Source: Armatimonadota bacterium | Lineage (GTDB): Bacteria > Armatimonadota > HRBIN16 | Assembly: GCA_963677485.1 (NCBI GenBank) | Contig: OY781964.1 | Span: 864,001-928,000, forward strand | Length of the DNA: 64,000 nucleotides | Direction of reading: 5' to 3' | In this document: in pieces, positions 34,306 through 45,900 of the stretch | How the letters are laid out: each line of letters starts with the position of its first letter | Position numbering within the stretch: position 1 is the first letter of the stretch | Position numbers and translations under genes: made by a program | Notes under the pieces: model-generated | The model's database searches: none | What the model was told of the DNA's origin: nothing | What the model saw: the letters and a program-made list of their open reading frames with translations, nothing else

Positions 34306-36135
34306 ATGTGGAGGGCAGCAATCATGTTTACTGCGGTTCTATCGGCGACAGCCGCTTCGGCAGGTGCCGGAATCGAGCTCATCAACAGCAGAAAGAGCGA
34401 CTACCAGATCGTGATCTCCTCATCCGCCAGCGCGGTGGAGGAGCACGCAGCGGCGGAGTTCCAGTCACTGCTCAAGCAGTTGACCGGCGTCAAGCTGCCG
34501 ATCGTCAAAGACATCACCGCCGGTAAGGGTCCGGCGATCTACATCGGAGCCAGCCGAAAGGTGCGCGGTTTAAAGCTCCAGCAGCAAGCAGCTCAGCTTG
34601 GTGCCGACGGCGTGCTGATCAAAACGGTCGGATCCGACCTGGTGCTGCTGGGCCAAAATGGCAGAGGGCAGCTTTATGCGGTATACGAGCTGTTCGAGCG
34701 ATACCTTGGAGTGGAGTTTCTAGCCTGGGACTGCACCTTTATTCCCAAAAAGAACTCTGTGTCCCTGCCTAGTATTAACTACAGCTATGCCCCGCCGTTT
34801 GAATACAGGCACATCTGGGCATACGACTACATGAACTCCAGCGATAAGGGCAGCACTGCCCCACCAATCGCTCAGAGGATGCGGCTGGGTGGCACGCTGC
34901 AGATGGCCGACGAGGCCTCAGGCGGTAATATCTGGACCAAGCCCTTCTCACACTCCTTTAATGAGATGATGCCGGCATCGAAATACTACGCGGAACATCC
35001 CGAATACTACGCGCTGGTCAACGGCAAGCGGGTGCAGGGCGTGGTCGACGCGCAGTTCTGTCTCGGCAACCCCGAAGTGCTGCGGATCTGCACCGAAAAG
35101 GTGCTGGAGTGGTGTAAGGAGTATCCCAGTCCTGACGTGATGATCAGCATCTGTCCCAACGACGGTGCTGGCTGGTGCGAATGTCCACAATGCGCCGCCG
35201 TGTTGGCTGAAGAGGGATCGCAGATGGGCTCCGTACTGCGTTTCGCGAACGCCATGGCTGAAACAGCCGAGCGCCGGTATCCTGGCAAAAAGCTCTGTGT
35301 GTTCCCGTATGCTGGCGCACGGATCGCCCCGGCGGTGACCAAACCGCGCGCGAACGTACTCGCCTACTTCTGCCATGAAGGCTGCTACTTCCATGGGTTC
35401 GAGCAGTGCGACCTCAACTCACAGTCCGTTAACCGCATGGAGCGGTGGCGTGAGCTCTCTGATGGTCGGCTTTACTACCATGAGTATATGACCAACTTCT
35501 CCCACTACCTGGCCCCTAACCAGAACCTGCTGGGTTTAGTGAAGGACATTCGGTTCATCGCCCAACATGGTGTGAAAGGCGTGTCCGTGCAGGGGCAGTG
35601 GAACAGCCCCGGCGGCGAACTGGTGGAGCTGCGCACCTTCCTCGTGGCGAAACTGCTGTGGGATCCCAGCCTTGATGACATCACGCTCAGGCGGGAGTTC
35701 TGCAAGGGGTATTACGGCAAGTCGAGTGGCGACATTCTGCGCTACCTCGATCTGCTGGATATAGCGGCAGAGGACCAGACCATCCACGGATATGGGGCCT
35801 GGGACGCCGCACGCACCGTCTCACCCGAGTTCGTGGCTGAAGGGCTGAAGGTCCTCAAGTCCGCCCGGGCCAATGCCAACGATGAGGCTGTCCGCAAACG
35901 GGTAGAGAAGCTGCAGCTATCCTTATGGTACATGCAGCTCCAGTGGCCAGATCGGTATGCGCTTGATGCGGCTGATGCCCCGAAGATCATCGCTGAGTTC
36001 CGCCGGATCGCCGCCGAGAACGACATCACGCATATCCATGAGGCCATTGACTACACGTTCCACGATCTGCGCCCAGCACCGAACCTAGTCCCGTGGCTGG
36101 ACCAGTTGAGCGCGAAGTATCCCGAGGCGCAGTAG
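34306..36135 (+). CDS. Secreted DUF4838 domain protein (GH-like)
   Basis: Signal peptide; EEHAAAEFQ, GQLYAVYELFERYLGV, HPEYYAL, CPND...CECPQC and AKLLWDP pattern. Confidence 0.8.
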   Translation: MWRAAIMFTAVLSATAASAGAGIELINSRKSDYQIVISSSASAVEEHAAAEFQSLLKQLTGVKLPIVKDITAGKGPAIYIGASRKVRGLKLQQQAAQLGADGVLIKTVGSDLVLLGQNGRGQLYAVYELFERYLGVEFLAWDCTFIPKKNSVSLPSINYSYAPPFEYRHIWAYDYMNSSDKGSTAPPIAQRMRLGGTLQMADEASGGNIWTKPFSHSFNEMMPASKYYAEHPEYYALVNGKRVQGVVDAQFCLGNPEVLRICTEKVLEWCKEYPSPDVMISICPNDGAGWCECPQCAAVLAEEGSQMGSVLRFANAMAETAERRYPGKKLCVFPYAGARIAPAVTKPRANVLAYFCHEGCYFHGFEQCDLNSQSVNRMERWRELSDGRLYYHEYMTNFSHYLAPNQNLLGLVKDIRFIAQHGVKGVSVQGQWNSPGGELVELRTFLVAKLLWDPSLDDITLRREFCKGYYGKSSGDILRYLDLLDIAAEDQTIHGYGAWDAARTVSPEFVAEGLKVLKSARANANDEAVRKRVEKLQLSLWYMQLQWPDRYALDAADAPKIIAEFRRIAAENDITHIHEAIDYTFHDLRPAPNLVPWLDQLSAKYPEAQ

Positions 36136-36305
36136 GGGCATCGCGTGCGGTGCCCGGATTGTCTGAACCACGGATTACGCGGATAGCACGGATAGGTTCG
36201 GATCGAAACGGGGAATGCCAATCGGGAGATTGGCGTTCCCAGGCAGCGTGCATTAACCCATGCCCACCCTTTGCGCCCTTGCATCCTTGCGCCATTGCGT
36301 TGAAA
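36132..36305. repeat. Composite intergenic repeat block, copy B
   Basis: GTAGGGGCATCGC-GT-GCGGTGCCC hairpin; 24-nt and 27-nt blocks identical to 2820-2843 and 2874-2900; tandem (C/A)TTGCGCC-like 8-mers at 36269-36305. Confidence 0.85.
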
Positions 36306-36329
36306 ATCCCCAGCCCTCACGCCCCCTTG

Positions 36330-36359
36330 CTGACGAATCAGCGCATTTCTGGCTATAAT
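36330..36359 (+). promoter_or_regulatory. Sigma70-type promoter for nadB
   Basis: CTGACG-18 nt-TATAAT, about 110 nt upstream of the nadB ATG. Confidence 0.55.
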
Positions 36360-36471
36360 ACCCATGACGTACAGAATACGGTGCCTCGGTGTTGCGGGAC
36401 TTGACGCACGTGCAAACGTGCATTCTGTGTGCCGGTACACAATACTTGAGAGCAGAGGTCTGCTTGCTTTT

Positions 36472-38037
36472 ATGGAAACCATCCATCGTTCCGATTCATT
36501 GGTGATAGGTAGCGGCATGGCCGGGCTGTCGTTTGCCCTGCGTATGTCTGACTTCGGTTCCGTCACGGTGATCACGAAGAAGGATCGCAAAGAGTCCAAC
36601 ACCAACTACGCCCAGGGCGGTATCGCCGCCGTGATGGGCCCAGAGGACGATGTCGAGCTGCACTACCAGGACACCCTCGTCGCGGGTGCCGGGCTGTGCC
36701 ACCACGATGCCGTCAAGCTGCTGGTTCAGGAAGGCCCGAAGCAAATCCGCCGGCTGGAGTCTATCGGTGCCCGCTTCGATGCGGATGCCAAGGGGCAACT
36801 GAGGCTGGGCCGCGAAGGTGGCCATCACCTGAACCGCATTGTCCACTTCGCCGACCGGACCGGCTGGGAAGCGGAGCGCGCTCTGCTGGAAGCCGTCAAG
36901 GGTAAGCCCAACATCACAGTCTACGAACACTATTTTGCACTCGATCTCATCGTAGACGACCACGGCGAATGTATCGGCGTGATGGCGCTCAACCGCCTGA
37001 CTGATGAGGTAGAACACTTCTGTGCACCGACCACGCTGCTGGCCACCGGTGGAGCCGGTATGATCTACCCACATACCACCAACCCGGGCATCGCCACCGG
37101 TGATGGCGTCGCTTTGGCCTGGCGAGCTGGTGCGCAGGTCGCCAATCTGGAGTTCATGCAGTTCCACCCCACCACGCTTTACCATCCAGAGGCCCGCGCT
37201 TTCCTTATCTCCGAAGCGGTGCGCGGTGACGGGGCGATCCTGCGTCTGCCCGACGGCACAGCCTTCATGGAAAACTACCATGAGATGAAGGACCTGGCCC
37301 CACGCGATGTGGTCGCAAGGGCCATCGACGCGGAGACCAAGAAGCTGGGTATCCCCTGCGTCTTCCTGGATATCACCCACCGCGATGCAGAATATCTGCA
37401 CACACGCTTCCCTGGCATCACCGAAAAGTTGGCTCCGCTGGGGCTGGACCTGGCCCGCGACTTGATCCCGGTACTTCCCGCCGCGCACTACATGTGCGGT
37501 GGCGTGGTGACGGACCTGGATGGCCGGACCAACATCCCGCGACTATTGGCCGCCGGTGAGGTCACCTGCACTGGTGTGCATGGTGCCAACCGCCTCGCCA
37601 GCAACAGCCTGCTGGAAGCGCTCGTCTATGGCTTCCGCGCGGCCGAATACGCCTCCACCGCTCATACCACACAGATTAATCTGACCGAAGCGCCATCCCA
37701 TCCACCGGTCAACACCGGCGTGGAGCGCGGCGATATCCGCGAGCGTATGCACGCTATCATGCGACAGCATGTGGGCATCGTGCGCAACCTCAAGTCACTG
37801 CAACTGGCCGACGCCGGTCTTCGCGAACTGCTCGCTCAGTCACAGCAGATGACCAGCGGAACCATACGCGCAGGTTTATGGGAGGACGCCAACCTGGTGC
37901 TGGTCGCCTCATTGATGGTCCGATGCGCTCTGGCCCGGCATGAAAGCCGTGGGCTTCATCAGTTGGAGGAGTTCCCACTGACCGATGACGTGAACTTCAG
38001 CAAGGACACCCTGCTCATCCCTGAGGCGCATTCATGA
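36472..38037 (+). CDS. nadB: L-aspartate oxidase
   Basis: GSGMAGL, NTNYAQGGIA, REGGH, QFHPT, LAPRDVVARAI, AAHYMCGG, GVHGANRLASNSLLE and ESRGLH. Confidence 0.95.
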   Translation: METIHRSDSLVIGSGMAGLSFALRMSDFGSVTVITKKDRKESNTNYAQGGIAAVMGPEDDVELHYQDTLVAGAGLCHHDAVKLLVQEGPKQIRRLESIGARFDADAKGQLRLGREGGHHLNRIVHFADRTGWEAERALLEAVKGKPNITVYEHYFALDLIVDDHGECIGVMALNRLTDEVEHFCAPTTLLATGGAGMIYPHTTNPGIATGDGVALAWRAGAQVANLEFMQFHPTTLYHPEARAFLISEAVRGDGAILRLPDGTAFMENYHEMKDLAPRDVVARAIDAETKKLGIPCVFLDITHRDAEYLHTRFPGITEKLAPLGLDLARDLIPVLPAAHYMCGGVVTDLDGRTNIPRLLAAGEVTCTGVHGANRLASNSLLEALVYGFRAAEYASTAHTTQINLTEAPSHPPVNTGVERGDIRERMHAIMRQHVGIVRNLKSLQLADAGLRELLAQSQQMTSGTIRAGLWEDANLVLVASLMVRCALARHESRGLHQLEEFPLTDDVNFSKDTLLIPEAHS

Positions 38038-38915
38038 GCCCACAGCCCTGGAAGTGCAGCCTTCACGGCGGGCACAGTAAAGACTACTGTGAGCACGCCT
38101 ACTCCACGCTGCGCGACATCATAGAGGCCGCCATATCGGCAGGCTACGACACTTTCGGCATCACAGAACACTGCGCCCGCATAGAAGATAAGTATGTGTT
38201 TGTAGGCGAACAGCGCAAGGGGATCACCGTGCAGCAGCTAGTGGATACTTTTGACGCTTACGCGGCTGACAGCATGGAGATCGTGCAGGAATACAGCGGC
38301 CGCATCAACCTTCTGAGGGGCTTCGAGATAGAGATCATGCCTCCCGACCGTTACCCCGAGATGACGGCGCACTGGCGAAAGCAGCACGGGTTCGATTATG
38401 TAGTGGGCAGCGTTCACTGGGTGTATGAGCAGTGTGTGGACGAAGATGAGGAGTATTTCAAGCTGATGATCGATCAGGCGGGAAGCTTGGATGAGCTCTG
38501 CTGCGAATACTACCGTCTGCTGGCGGATATGGTGCAGAGGGTGAAGCCCGAAGTGGTAGGCCATTTCGATCTGGTGCGCTTGTTTGGACAGAAATTCGGC
38601 AACGTAGATACCCCGCAGGTGATTCGCTACGCAGAACAGGCCATGCAGGCGGTGGCGGAAGCGGGTTCTATCCTGGACCTGAACACAGCGGGCATCCGCA
38701 AAGGCGTCGGGCACCCCTACCCCGCGCCGCTTTACATCGAGATGGCCAAACATATGGATATCTCCTTCTGCTTTGGCGACGACAGCCACAGTGTGGGGCA
38801 GGTGGGGTTTGGACTTGATGAGGCAAGGGAGTATCTTCTGAAACATGGCATCACCAGCATCACCACCCTGGTGAAGCATGGCGATGAGCTGGTGAAAGAA
38901 GTCCGGCCGCTGTAG
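38034..38915 (+). CDS. Histidinol-phosphatase, PHP (HisJ/HisK) family
   Basis: SLHGGHS, GITEH, GFEIE, DYVVGSVH, GHFDL and GDDSH; 4-nt overlap with nadB. Confidence 0.85.
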   Translation: MSPQPWKCSLHGGHSKDYCEHAYSTLRDIIEAAISAGYDTFGITEHCARIEDKYVFVGEQRKGITVQQLVDTFDAYAADSMEIVQEYSGRINLLRGFEIEIMPPDRYPEMTAHWRKQHGFDYVVGSVHWVYEQCVDEDEEYFKLMIDQAGSLDELCCEYYRLLADMVQRVKPEVVGHFDLVRLFGQKFGNVDTPQVIRYAEQAMQAVAEAGSILDLNTAGIRKGVGHPYPAPLYIEMAKHMDISFCFGDDSHSVGQVGFGLDEAREYLLKHGITSITTLVKHGDELVKEVRPL

Positions 38916-38956
38916 CATCGACAAAGACCCCGTTTATGATAATAAAGGAGCCATTA

Positions 38957-39508
38957 ATGATCCCTGCCCAGATGCCGTTAGCCCCTCCGGTGAGTGTCAC
39001 ACTCCGCGATGGGGCTGTCTACACCCAGCGGTTGATCACCGAGTACGACGCGCCCGCGCTGGCGGAGTTCTACGCTTCGGTGCCGCGCGATGACTCGCGG
39101 TTCTACATGGGGCCTAGCGCCCTCAATGAAGCCCATGCCGAGGTAGACGCCCAGGAGGCTGTCAGCCCCCTGGTGGTCGCGTTGGTGCTGGAGAGTTCCG
39201 ATGGCCGGATAGTGGCTTTCTCCTGGTATCGATGGGCGGAAGGTGTCGATCAAGTGAGCACCTTCGGCATCTGCGTGCGGCGAGGATTTCAAGGGATCGG
39301 AGCTGGCGAAGCGATGATCACACGCGTCATCAGCGTCGCGGAGCATGTCGGCCCTGATGTCATGTCACTCACCGTCCAAAAGGCCAACCTGCGCGCCCAG
39401 AAGCTGTATCTCAAATCCGGTTTCCAAATCGTGCGTGAGCAGATGATCGGTGAGAGAGATGGCTTCGATGCGGAGCCTGAATATTACATGGAGCGCAGCG
39501 TTCGGTAG
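38957..39508 (+). CDS. GNAT family N-acetyltransferase
   Basis: FQGIGAG (motif A) and NLRAQKLYLKSGF; ATG at 38957 follows AAGGAG. Confidence 0.85.
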   Translation: MIPAQMPLAPPVSVTLRDGAVYTQRLITEYDAPALAEFYASVPRDDSRFYMGPSALNEAHAEVDAQEAVSPLVVALVLESSDGRIVAFSWYRWAEGVDQVSTFGICVRRGFQGIGAGEAMITRVISVAEHVGPDVMSLTVQKANLRAQKLYLKSGFQIVREQMIGERDGFDAEPEYYMERSVR

Positions 39509-39529
39509 ATTCCGCTGATGTGAGGGAAA

Positions 39530-39558
39530 TCTCACGCGAAGACGCGAAGGCGCGAAGG
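39530..39558. repeat. CGCGAAG-type tandem repeat, second copy
   Basis: TCTCACGCGAAG-ACGCGAAG-GCGCGAAGG resembles 1145-1174. Confidence 0.65.
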
Positions 39559-39693
39559 GGTGGTTTACCTTACCGCGCCGAGGTTACCCTGATCTGACTG
39601 ATTAACTCCCGCTCATGACCACTTGGTGGAGCCATTCCGGGCCTCCACTCCCAATCCCCCCTTAAGCTTCGATATAATGTTCAGGGAACAGTT

Positions 39694-41262
39694 ATGAAAC
39701 AAAACAACAAAACTTTCGTGCGCTCCGCCATTATCATGATGGCGGCCGTATTCCTTAGCCGGATTTTGGGGCAGCTACGCGATACGCTCATCGCCTCATG
39801 GTTTGGTCAGGGCAGCGCCACAGACATCTACCGAGCCGCCTTTTCGGTACCGGACCTTCTCTACTTCCTCATCGCCGGCGGGGCTCTCTCCTCAGCCTTC
39901 ATTCCTGTGTTTTCGAGCTATCTCGCACGTGAGGAACACGAAGATGCCTGGACGCTGTTCTCCAACGTCGCCTCATTGATGTTCATCGTCATCACAGCAC
40001 TTATTATCATCTGCGAAATTTTCACTCCACAACTGGCCCGTATCATCGCTCCGGGATTCAACGCTCAGCAGATCGCCGAAACCACTCGCCTGACCCGTAT
40101 CATTCTGCCCGCTCAACTGGCTTTCTTCCTGGGCGGTCTGATGATGGGCAGTCTGCAGTCTGTGGGCAACCCCTGGGGTCAGGCCATTGGTCCGATCATC
40201 TACAATGTTGGAATCATCGCTGGCGGTGTATTCCTGCGGAAAAGCATGGGCACGGAGGGCATGATCTGGGGTGCGTTGGCGGGTGCATTCGCCGGTAACT
40301 TCCTTTTCCAGCTATTCCTCATGAAGCAAACAGACTGCAACTACCGGTGGAGCCTCAACTTCAGGCATCCGGGCGTGGTGCGGGTGGGCAAACTGATGCT
40401 GCCGGTCATCCTAGGGCTGTCGCTGCCGCAAGTTTATGTGCTGGTAAACCGCATGTTCGCCTCTATGCTCGAAAGCGGCATCATCTCAGCCTTAGACAAC
40501 GCCAGTAAGCTGATGCAGGCCCCGCTTGGCATTTTCGCCCAGTCGATTGGCATCGCCATCCTGCCCACGCTGAGCGGATTATCCGCCACTGGCAAGATGG
40601 CTGAGTTCACGCAGACCTTCTACAAGGGGTTGCGCACCCTCTGGTTCCTGGCTTTCATATCAACCGCGTTGATGATCGCGCTCTCACCGGATATCATCTC
40701 GTTAATATACGGATACGGCAAATTCGCCCACACGAAGGGCGCGGCTGAGATCACAGCCACCGCCATGACGCTCTACTGCCTGGGCCTATTCGCCAGCAGC
40801 AGCCAAGCCGTTCTGAACCGGGCTTTCTACGCTGTGCAGGATACCGTCACACCGATCGTGATCGGCACCATCACCACCATCATCTTCTTCCCCATGAACT
40901 ACGCGCTGATGAAGCCGTTTGGATATAAGGGCCTGGCGTTGTCTGGCTCACTAATCGCCATGATACATGTCGGTTGGATGCTGCTGGCCGTCAAAACACG
41001 AATCAAGATCGACATCAAGCCACTGGCTATCCCCTTCTTCAGAATTCTAGGCACCGGGGTGATCACCTGGCTGATATGCGTCGGTTTGCGAATACTCTCT
41101 GCCGAATACCTGTATTCATTCTTCCCCCACCAGAAGCTGTTCAACCTGTTCAACCTGCTGGTGATAGGCAGCCTGGGCAGCGTCATCTTCTTCGGTTGTT
41201 CGAAGATGCTGGGCAGCGATGAGGTGGACCAGGTGAAACAGATGCTGAGGCGACGCAAGTAG
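39694..41262 (+). CDS. murJ: Lipid II flippase MurJ (MviN)
   Basis: SRILGQLRD, AFSVPD, GGALSSAFIPVF and RAFYAVQDTVTP; about 14 TM segments. Confidence 0.93.
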   Translation: MKQNNKTFVRSAIIMMAAVFLSRILGQLRDTLIASWFGQGSATDIYRAAFSVPDLLYFLIAGGALSSAFIPVFSSYLAREEHEDAWTLFSNVASLMFIVITALIIICEIFTPQLARIIAPGFNAQQIAETTRLTRIILPAQLAFFLGGLMMGSLQSVGNPWGQAIGPIIYNVGIIAGGVFLRKSMGTEGMIWGALAGAFAGNFLFQLFLMKQTDCNYRWSLNFRHPGVVRVGKLMLPVILGLSLPQVYVLVNRMFASMLESGIISALDNASKLMQAPLGIFAQSIGIAILPTLSGLSATGKMAEFTQTFYKGLRTLWFLAFISTALMIALSPDIISLIYGYGKFAHTKGAAEITATAMTLYCLGLFASSSQAVLNRAFYAVQDTVTPIVIGTITTIIFFPMNYALMKPFGYKGLALSGSLIAMIHVGWMLLAVKTRIKIDIKPLAIPFFRILGTGVITWLICVGLRILSAEYLYSFFPHQKLFNLFNLLVIGSLGSVIFFGCSKMLGSDEVDQVKQMLRRRK

Positions 41263-41347
41263 GCTGATCCAACGGCCTGCATGGTGAACCTCATCACTGC
41301 CATCACCGTCTTATGGTTGTGTATCTAACTTCCATGGAGGTAATCCT

Positions 41348-42817
41348 ATGCGAAATTTTTATTCTTTGCTCCTTTTCGGGCTGCTGGTGGCCGCATCGGC
41401 CCTCTCAGTCAAAGCTGAGATCATCGGGTCGCTTGATGGTGTGTTTGGAGCTCAGGTATCCGGCTGGGCCTGGGATTCGGCACGTCCTGCCACGAAGCTG
41501 ACCGTTGAGATCAGTTTCGATCAAAAGCCCTCCGCCAAACCGGCAGTCACAGCCATCGCCAACCAACCGCGAGCCGACCTCGACAAGCTACGACAAGCCA
41601 AATCCATGTTCACCGCACTTATCCCCGCCAAATACCGCGATGGAAAACAACACGCTATCTACGCGGCGGTAAGGGACAAGAGCGGCAAGCTGGTGGTTCT
41701 GCCTGGTTCGCCTCGAAAGGCTATAGCCATGAAGATAGTCAGCATACCCAAAATGAAAATCAACAAGTCGCTGCCTCCCATCCCCGCTAAAGCGATGATC
41801 TCTTTCGGAGGGGTGGTGCCGTTTGGTGCTGCCTCAGACAAGGGGCTTCAGTCTATCGCATTCAAGTCAGACCAGATGAAGTGGACACTGGAGAACTCTC
41901 AGATGCTCCACATCCCCATCGGCCTTTTCAGAGATGCACCCATCGCTCAGTTGAAAGCCCTTAAGGAAGTCGTTGACCGGTATCATCTGCAGCTTGTGGT
42001 AGAGATGGCCGGTATCTCCCAGTGGATGCAGGTCAATGGCGACAAAATGGGCACCACCAGTGCTGTGCAGGAACTGGATTGGATGGCGAACTATAGCAAA
42101 CCCGTCGCAGAAGGCGGGGCGGGCGGTAAAGTGGACATCGCGATGTTTGACGATCCCCTCTATCGTTGCATATTCCCGAATGACCGCGATGAAGGCCGGA
42201 CCGTGACATTCGCGGCCAACCAGATCGCAGATGCGATGACCGTCTGGCAGACCCGGTTCCCAGAAATCAAAATCATCCTGGGCACCAACTTCCCCAACTG
42301 GGGCTGGAAAGGTACACCCGCCTATTATGTGATGCCAGAAATGATGGGCAAATACGGACGGGGCGATTATTATCCTGCACTGATTGAGACCTTGAACGTG
42401 TTGATGCAGCGCGGCAAGAGCCTGTATGGTGTGATGGTGGACAACCCAGCCGATTACGCTCAGAAGCTCTACCCGAGCAACCAGCCAGAGGCCATCACGA
42501 ACACCGACTTCATAAAACGAGCACTGGAGCTGGAGAAGGTGGTCAAGCAGAACGGCTTGAAATACGCCATGTGGATCAACACCGACATACAGGACATTGA
42601 GCCCGATGGCACCTTCGATGTTGCCACCCGTGACAAAATGTACTACGACCACATCAGCAAGTATGCCCAGCTCTACCGCACACTGGGCGGCGAGCCGGAC
42701 ATCTGGGTCACTTTTTCATGGATGAAGTCACCAGGCTTGATGGGGCCCGAAACCAAACCATACACCCAGTCCTGGGATAGCAAGCAGCTCATCATGCTGC
42801 TGAGGGGCATCAAGTAG
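41348..42817 (+). CDS. Secreted hypothetical protein (N-terminal beta-rich module plus putative TIM-barrel)
   Basis: Signal peptide and GGAGG RBS; GSLDG-VSGWAWD-ANQPRADL N-terminal module; family not recognised. Confidence 0.6.
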   Translation: MRNFYSLLLFGLLVAASALSVKAEIIGSLDGVFGAQVSGWAWDSARPATKLTVEISFDQKPSAKPAVTAIANQPRADLDKLRQAKSMFTALIPAKYRDGKQHAIYAAVRDKSGKLVVLPGSPRKAIAMKIVSIPKMKINKSLPPIPAKAMISFGGVVPFGAASDKGLQSIAFKSDQMKWTLENSQMLHIPIGLFRDAPIAQLKALKEVVDRYHLQLVVEMAGISQWMQVNGDKMGTTSAVQELDWMANYSKPVAEGGAGGKVDIAMFDDPLYRCIFPNDRDEGRTVTFAANQIADAMTVWQTRFPEIKIILGTNFPNWGWKGTPAYYVMPEMMGKYGRGDYYPALIETLNVLMQRGKSLYGVMVDNPADYAQKLYPSNQPEAITNTDFIKRALELEKVVKQNGLKYAMWINTDIQDIEPDGTFDVATRDKMYYDHISKYAQLYRTLGGEPDIWVTFSWMKSPGLMGPETKPYTQSWDSKQLIMLLRGIK

Positions 42818-42943
42818 ACCTCGCACCCATATGTTACCGATTGATTGAGATCATCCTCATAAAGGATGGTCTCAGTCTTTTTAGTGCGTATAATATGAAC
42901 AGACCGTGCCGGTCATATGTCATGTTATCCAGGGGTGTAGATC

Positions 42944-45900
42944 ATGAATCGTCATGCTGTTTGTATTATTATCGCGGGTATCTGTGGCCTCCTCATCTCC
43001 TCGGGCGTTACAGCACAATCTGGCAGCGTGGCTAGTAGTCCCTACTGGCAGATCAGCCTGGCGAATGGTGCGATCAGCAGCCTACGGTATGATCCCACGG
43101 GCCAGTCGAGATACGGGTCCGATTTGGTCGACAAGCCCCTCTTGGTTCAATCGCAGGGTGCCAACATCACCTTAAGCACCAGCGATCTGGTAATCGGCAA
43201 TGGCTGCAAGTCGCTCACCATCAAGCTGCCCAAAACCGTCAGCAAACCGCTGACCATGATTTGGCCGATACGGCTCAGTGTAGATGGTTATTATGATAGG
43301 TTATCCGGCAAGACATTCAAATCTGCGAGCACAGATGATCCTGCATTGACACGGTTCATCGCCGGCAGCACTGGGCACACCATCATGATCGAATCCTATA
43401 AACGGGTCAATCCCGATGCTCTGAATGCAGACGCTCGGTCGGGCCTCAACCTGGCCAACCAGGACGGCCATACAGTGATTGTCATGACCCGAGACAACAC
43501 ACAGTTCATCCTCAACCACGGCTCAGGGGGTCGCATGAGGTTCACCTTCGTGAATGGTGAGCTGCTCGATACGATCACCTCCCCTGATGGCAGTATCAGC
43601 CTCCAAGCCACCAACATGAACAAAGCGGTCCAACTAGAGCGCGGCGAATTGCTGCCGCATTTCACCTTCGGGAAGGATACGGTTGTCACGAACAGCGTGG
43701 GGGGCAAAACATCGCTGAACCGGCTGTTTAATGATTTCTACCAGCAAGCCGCCTTCTGGTTCCCATACGGTACCGGTCACATGCTTTGGGGTGAGTGGGG
43801 TGCGTTGGGTCATGCGTATGTGAACGGCTCCTACCGCAATGATGTGCGCAATAACCTCTCGAAACAAAACATCGGTGATGACGGATACGGGCATGACGGC
43901 CTGGCCTACGCCTGGGGTGATCAGCACGGCTGGCCATTCCCAGGAGGCTATGATACCCGTCTGTTCTACGTGGGAGCAACCCAGATCAGTGCCATCCGTC
44001 ACTATCTCATGTGGACCGGCGAATACGACCGCCTGAAAACACGCGACTACTCCATCAAAGGCTTCGAGGGCCAGAAAGCTTCATTCGCCCGCACCAAGGC
44101 GGATTCCACCACCAGTCTTCTTGCAGGGAACACATATTACCAGAAGCTGACATCGCCCAAGCCGTTCGACCGCGTCGAGCTGAACCTGATGGTACTGGGC
44201 TCCGACCCTGTGTTGTCGCAGGACGGCATCACTAAGTACGAGGTGCCTGAACAGGGCAGAGGCACCATCGACGCTCAGCCGGTAAAGGATGTCCCGGGCC
44301 AAACCGTCGCCCAAGTCATCAAACCCAGCCGACCGTTCAACGCCATAGGCTTCAAGGTGGCCACCTATGCATCGGCTGGCAATGGCGGACGTCTGCGCGC
44401 CTTCAAGTGGAGCGGAAACTACCAGCAGACACTGCAGCAGAAGCCTCTGTTTGAACGCAGGGTGGTGGAGTTCCAGGACTGCCTGTACGCCTATCTGCTG
44501 ATGCCGCAGATGATGCCCGCCGGCACGGAGATACTGGCGGTTCTTGATGAGCCCACTAAGGCGCAGTCTAGCCAGCCGCCGATGACGGCCTACTTCTTTT
44601 ACAACAAACCCGGTGTCAAAGAGCTCGGGCCCATGTTTGTCGGTGATCAGGTTCGGCCCGACAGATCGATGGATTTAATCTACTGTGTCCGAAACTATCC
44701 GGGTGCGGTCTTCCGGCTACGAAACTCCACTGGCAAACTACTGGTGGAAAAGAGCATTGTGATCCCTGCCATCAACGGTTATTTCAATGTACCGCTGGAC
44801 AAGAGTTATCCAGCCGGGTCATATACCTTCGGCCTGATACCCAATGGGGCACTCATGTATTGGAATGGCGCCACGATGGCCTCGGGCAACCCCGGTGGAG
44901 CCTATGTCAACGGACACAGTTGGGACTGGCTGCAGCGAGCCCGCCGAATGATGGACTACCAGATGGAATACCTCAACGTACGTAAAGAGGGTGTGCCGAA
45001 GTACGATGGTCACGCTGGCGACAAAGACCACTTAGGTCTGGCTGGGAGGTCCGTCGGCAGCAACTACTACGACATTTTACCCTTCGGCTATTATGACGCC
45101 TACGGGGCCACATGGCTGTACCACTCATTGGATGCCATGGTTGAGCTTGAGAAGGCCTACGGTGACCCCGAGAAATCCGCATACTACCGGACGTTCATGC
45201 AGAAAAGCCGCAGCCGATTCAACGAGCTCTACTGGTCAGATAAGGGCTTGAAAGACGGCGCAGCACGCTACATCGGCACAATCGATGTGAATGGCGGCCG
45301 TCACGACTATGGCTTCACCGTGCTAAACACCATGGCAGTGACATATGGCCTGGCACCGAAAGAGCGCGCACTGGCGATTCTGAACCGGCTGGACAACGGC
45401 AAGACACTGGATGGCAAAGGGGTTTGGCACCCGAATGACATCTACAAATGGCAGTTCGCACCGCGCATGACCACCATCGACAACCAGGACTGGTGGGCAG
45501 TCGGCCAAAAGGCCTCCGAGTTCCCCTGGGGTGACCAGATACAAAACGGCGGTGCCGACCTCTACGAGAGCTTTTACGACCTGATGGCGCGGTTGAAGAC
45601 CAAAGGTGCCGATGACGCTTACAAGCGGTTGATGACCATCCTACGCCGCTACTCTGAGCCCGACCGTCTGACGGGATACAGTCCCCTATTCACAGGCGGC
45701 AGCGTGCAAGGTGGCCAGGCGGGCGGAGTGGGTATCATGAGCTCAGAGTTCCCTGAGACTAGCCTGCTCGCCTCTATTGTGCTCTACGGCTTCCTGGGAG
45801 CCGATGCCCGGCCGGACGGTCTGCATCTCGCACCCAAAATCCCGAGCGCTCAGCCGTCTATTCAGGCCCAGAATATCTTCTACCACGGCACCTATTTTGA

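Noticed and set aside
36364-36471. N-terminal extensions in the ORF track for nadB (also rpsL, rplP, rpmD, rpsN, rplX and the radical SAM gene)
   Set aside because: Homology and RBS positions support downstream starts; the extensions are artefacts of longest-ORF calling
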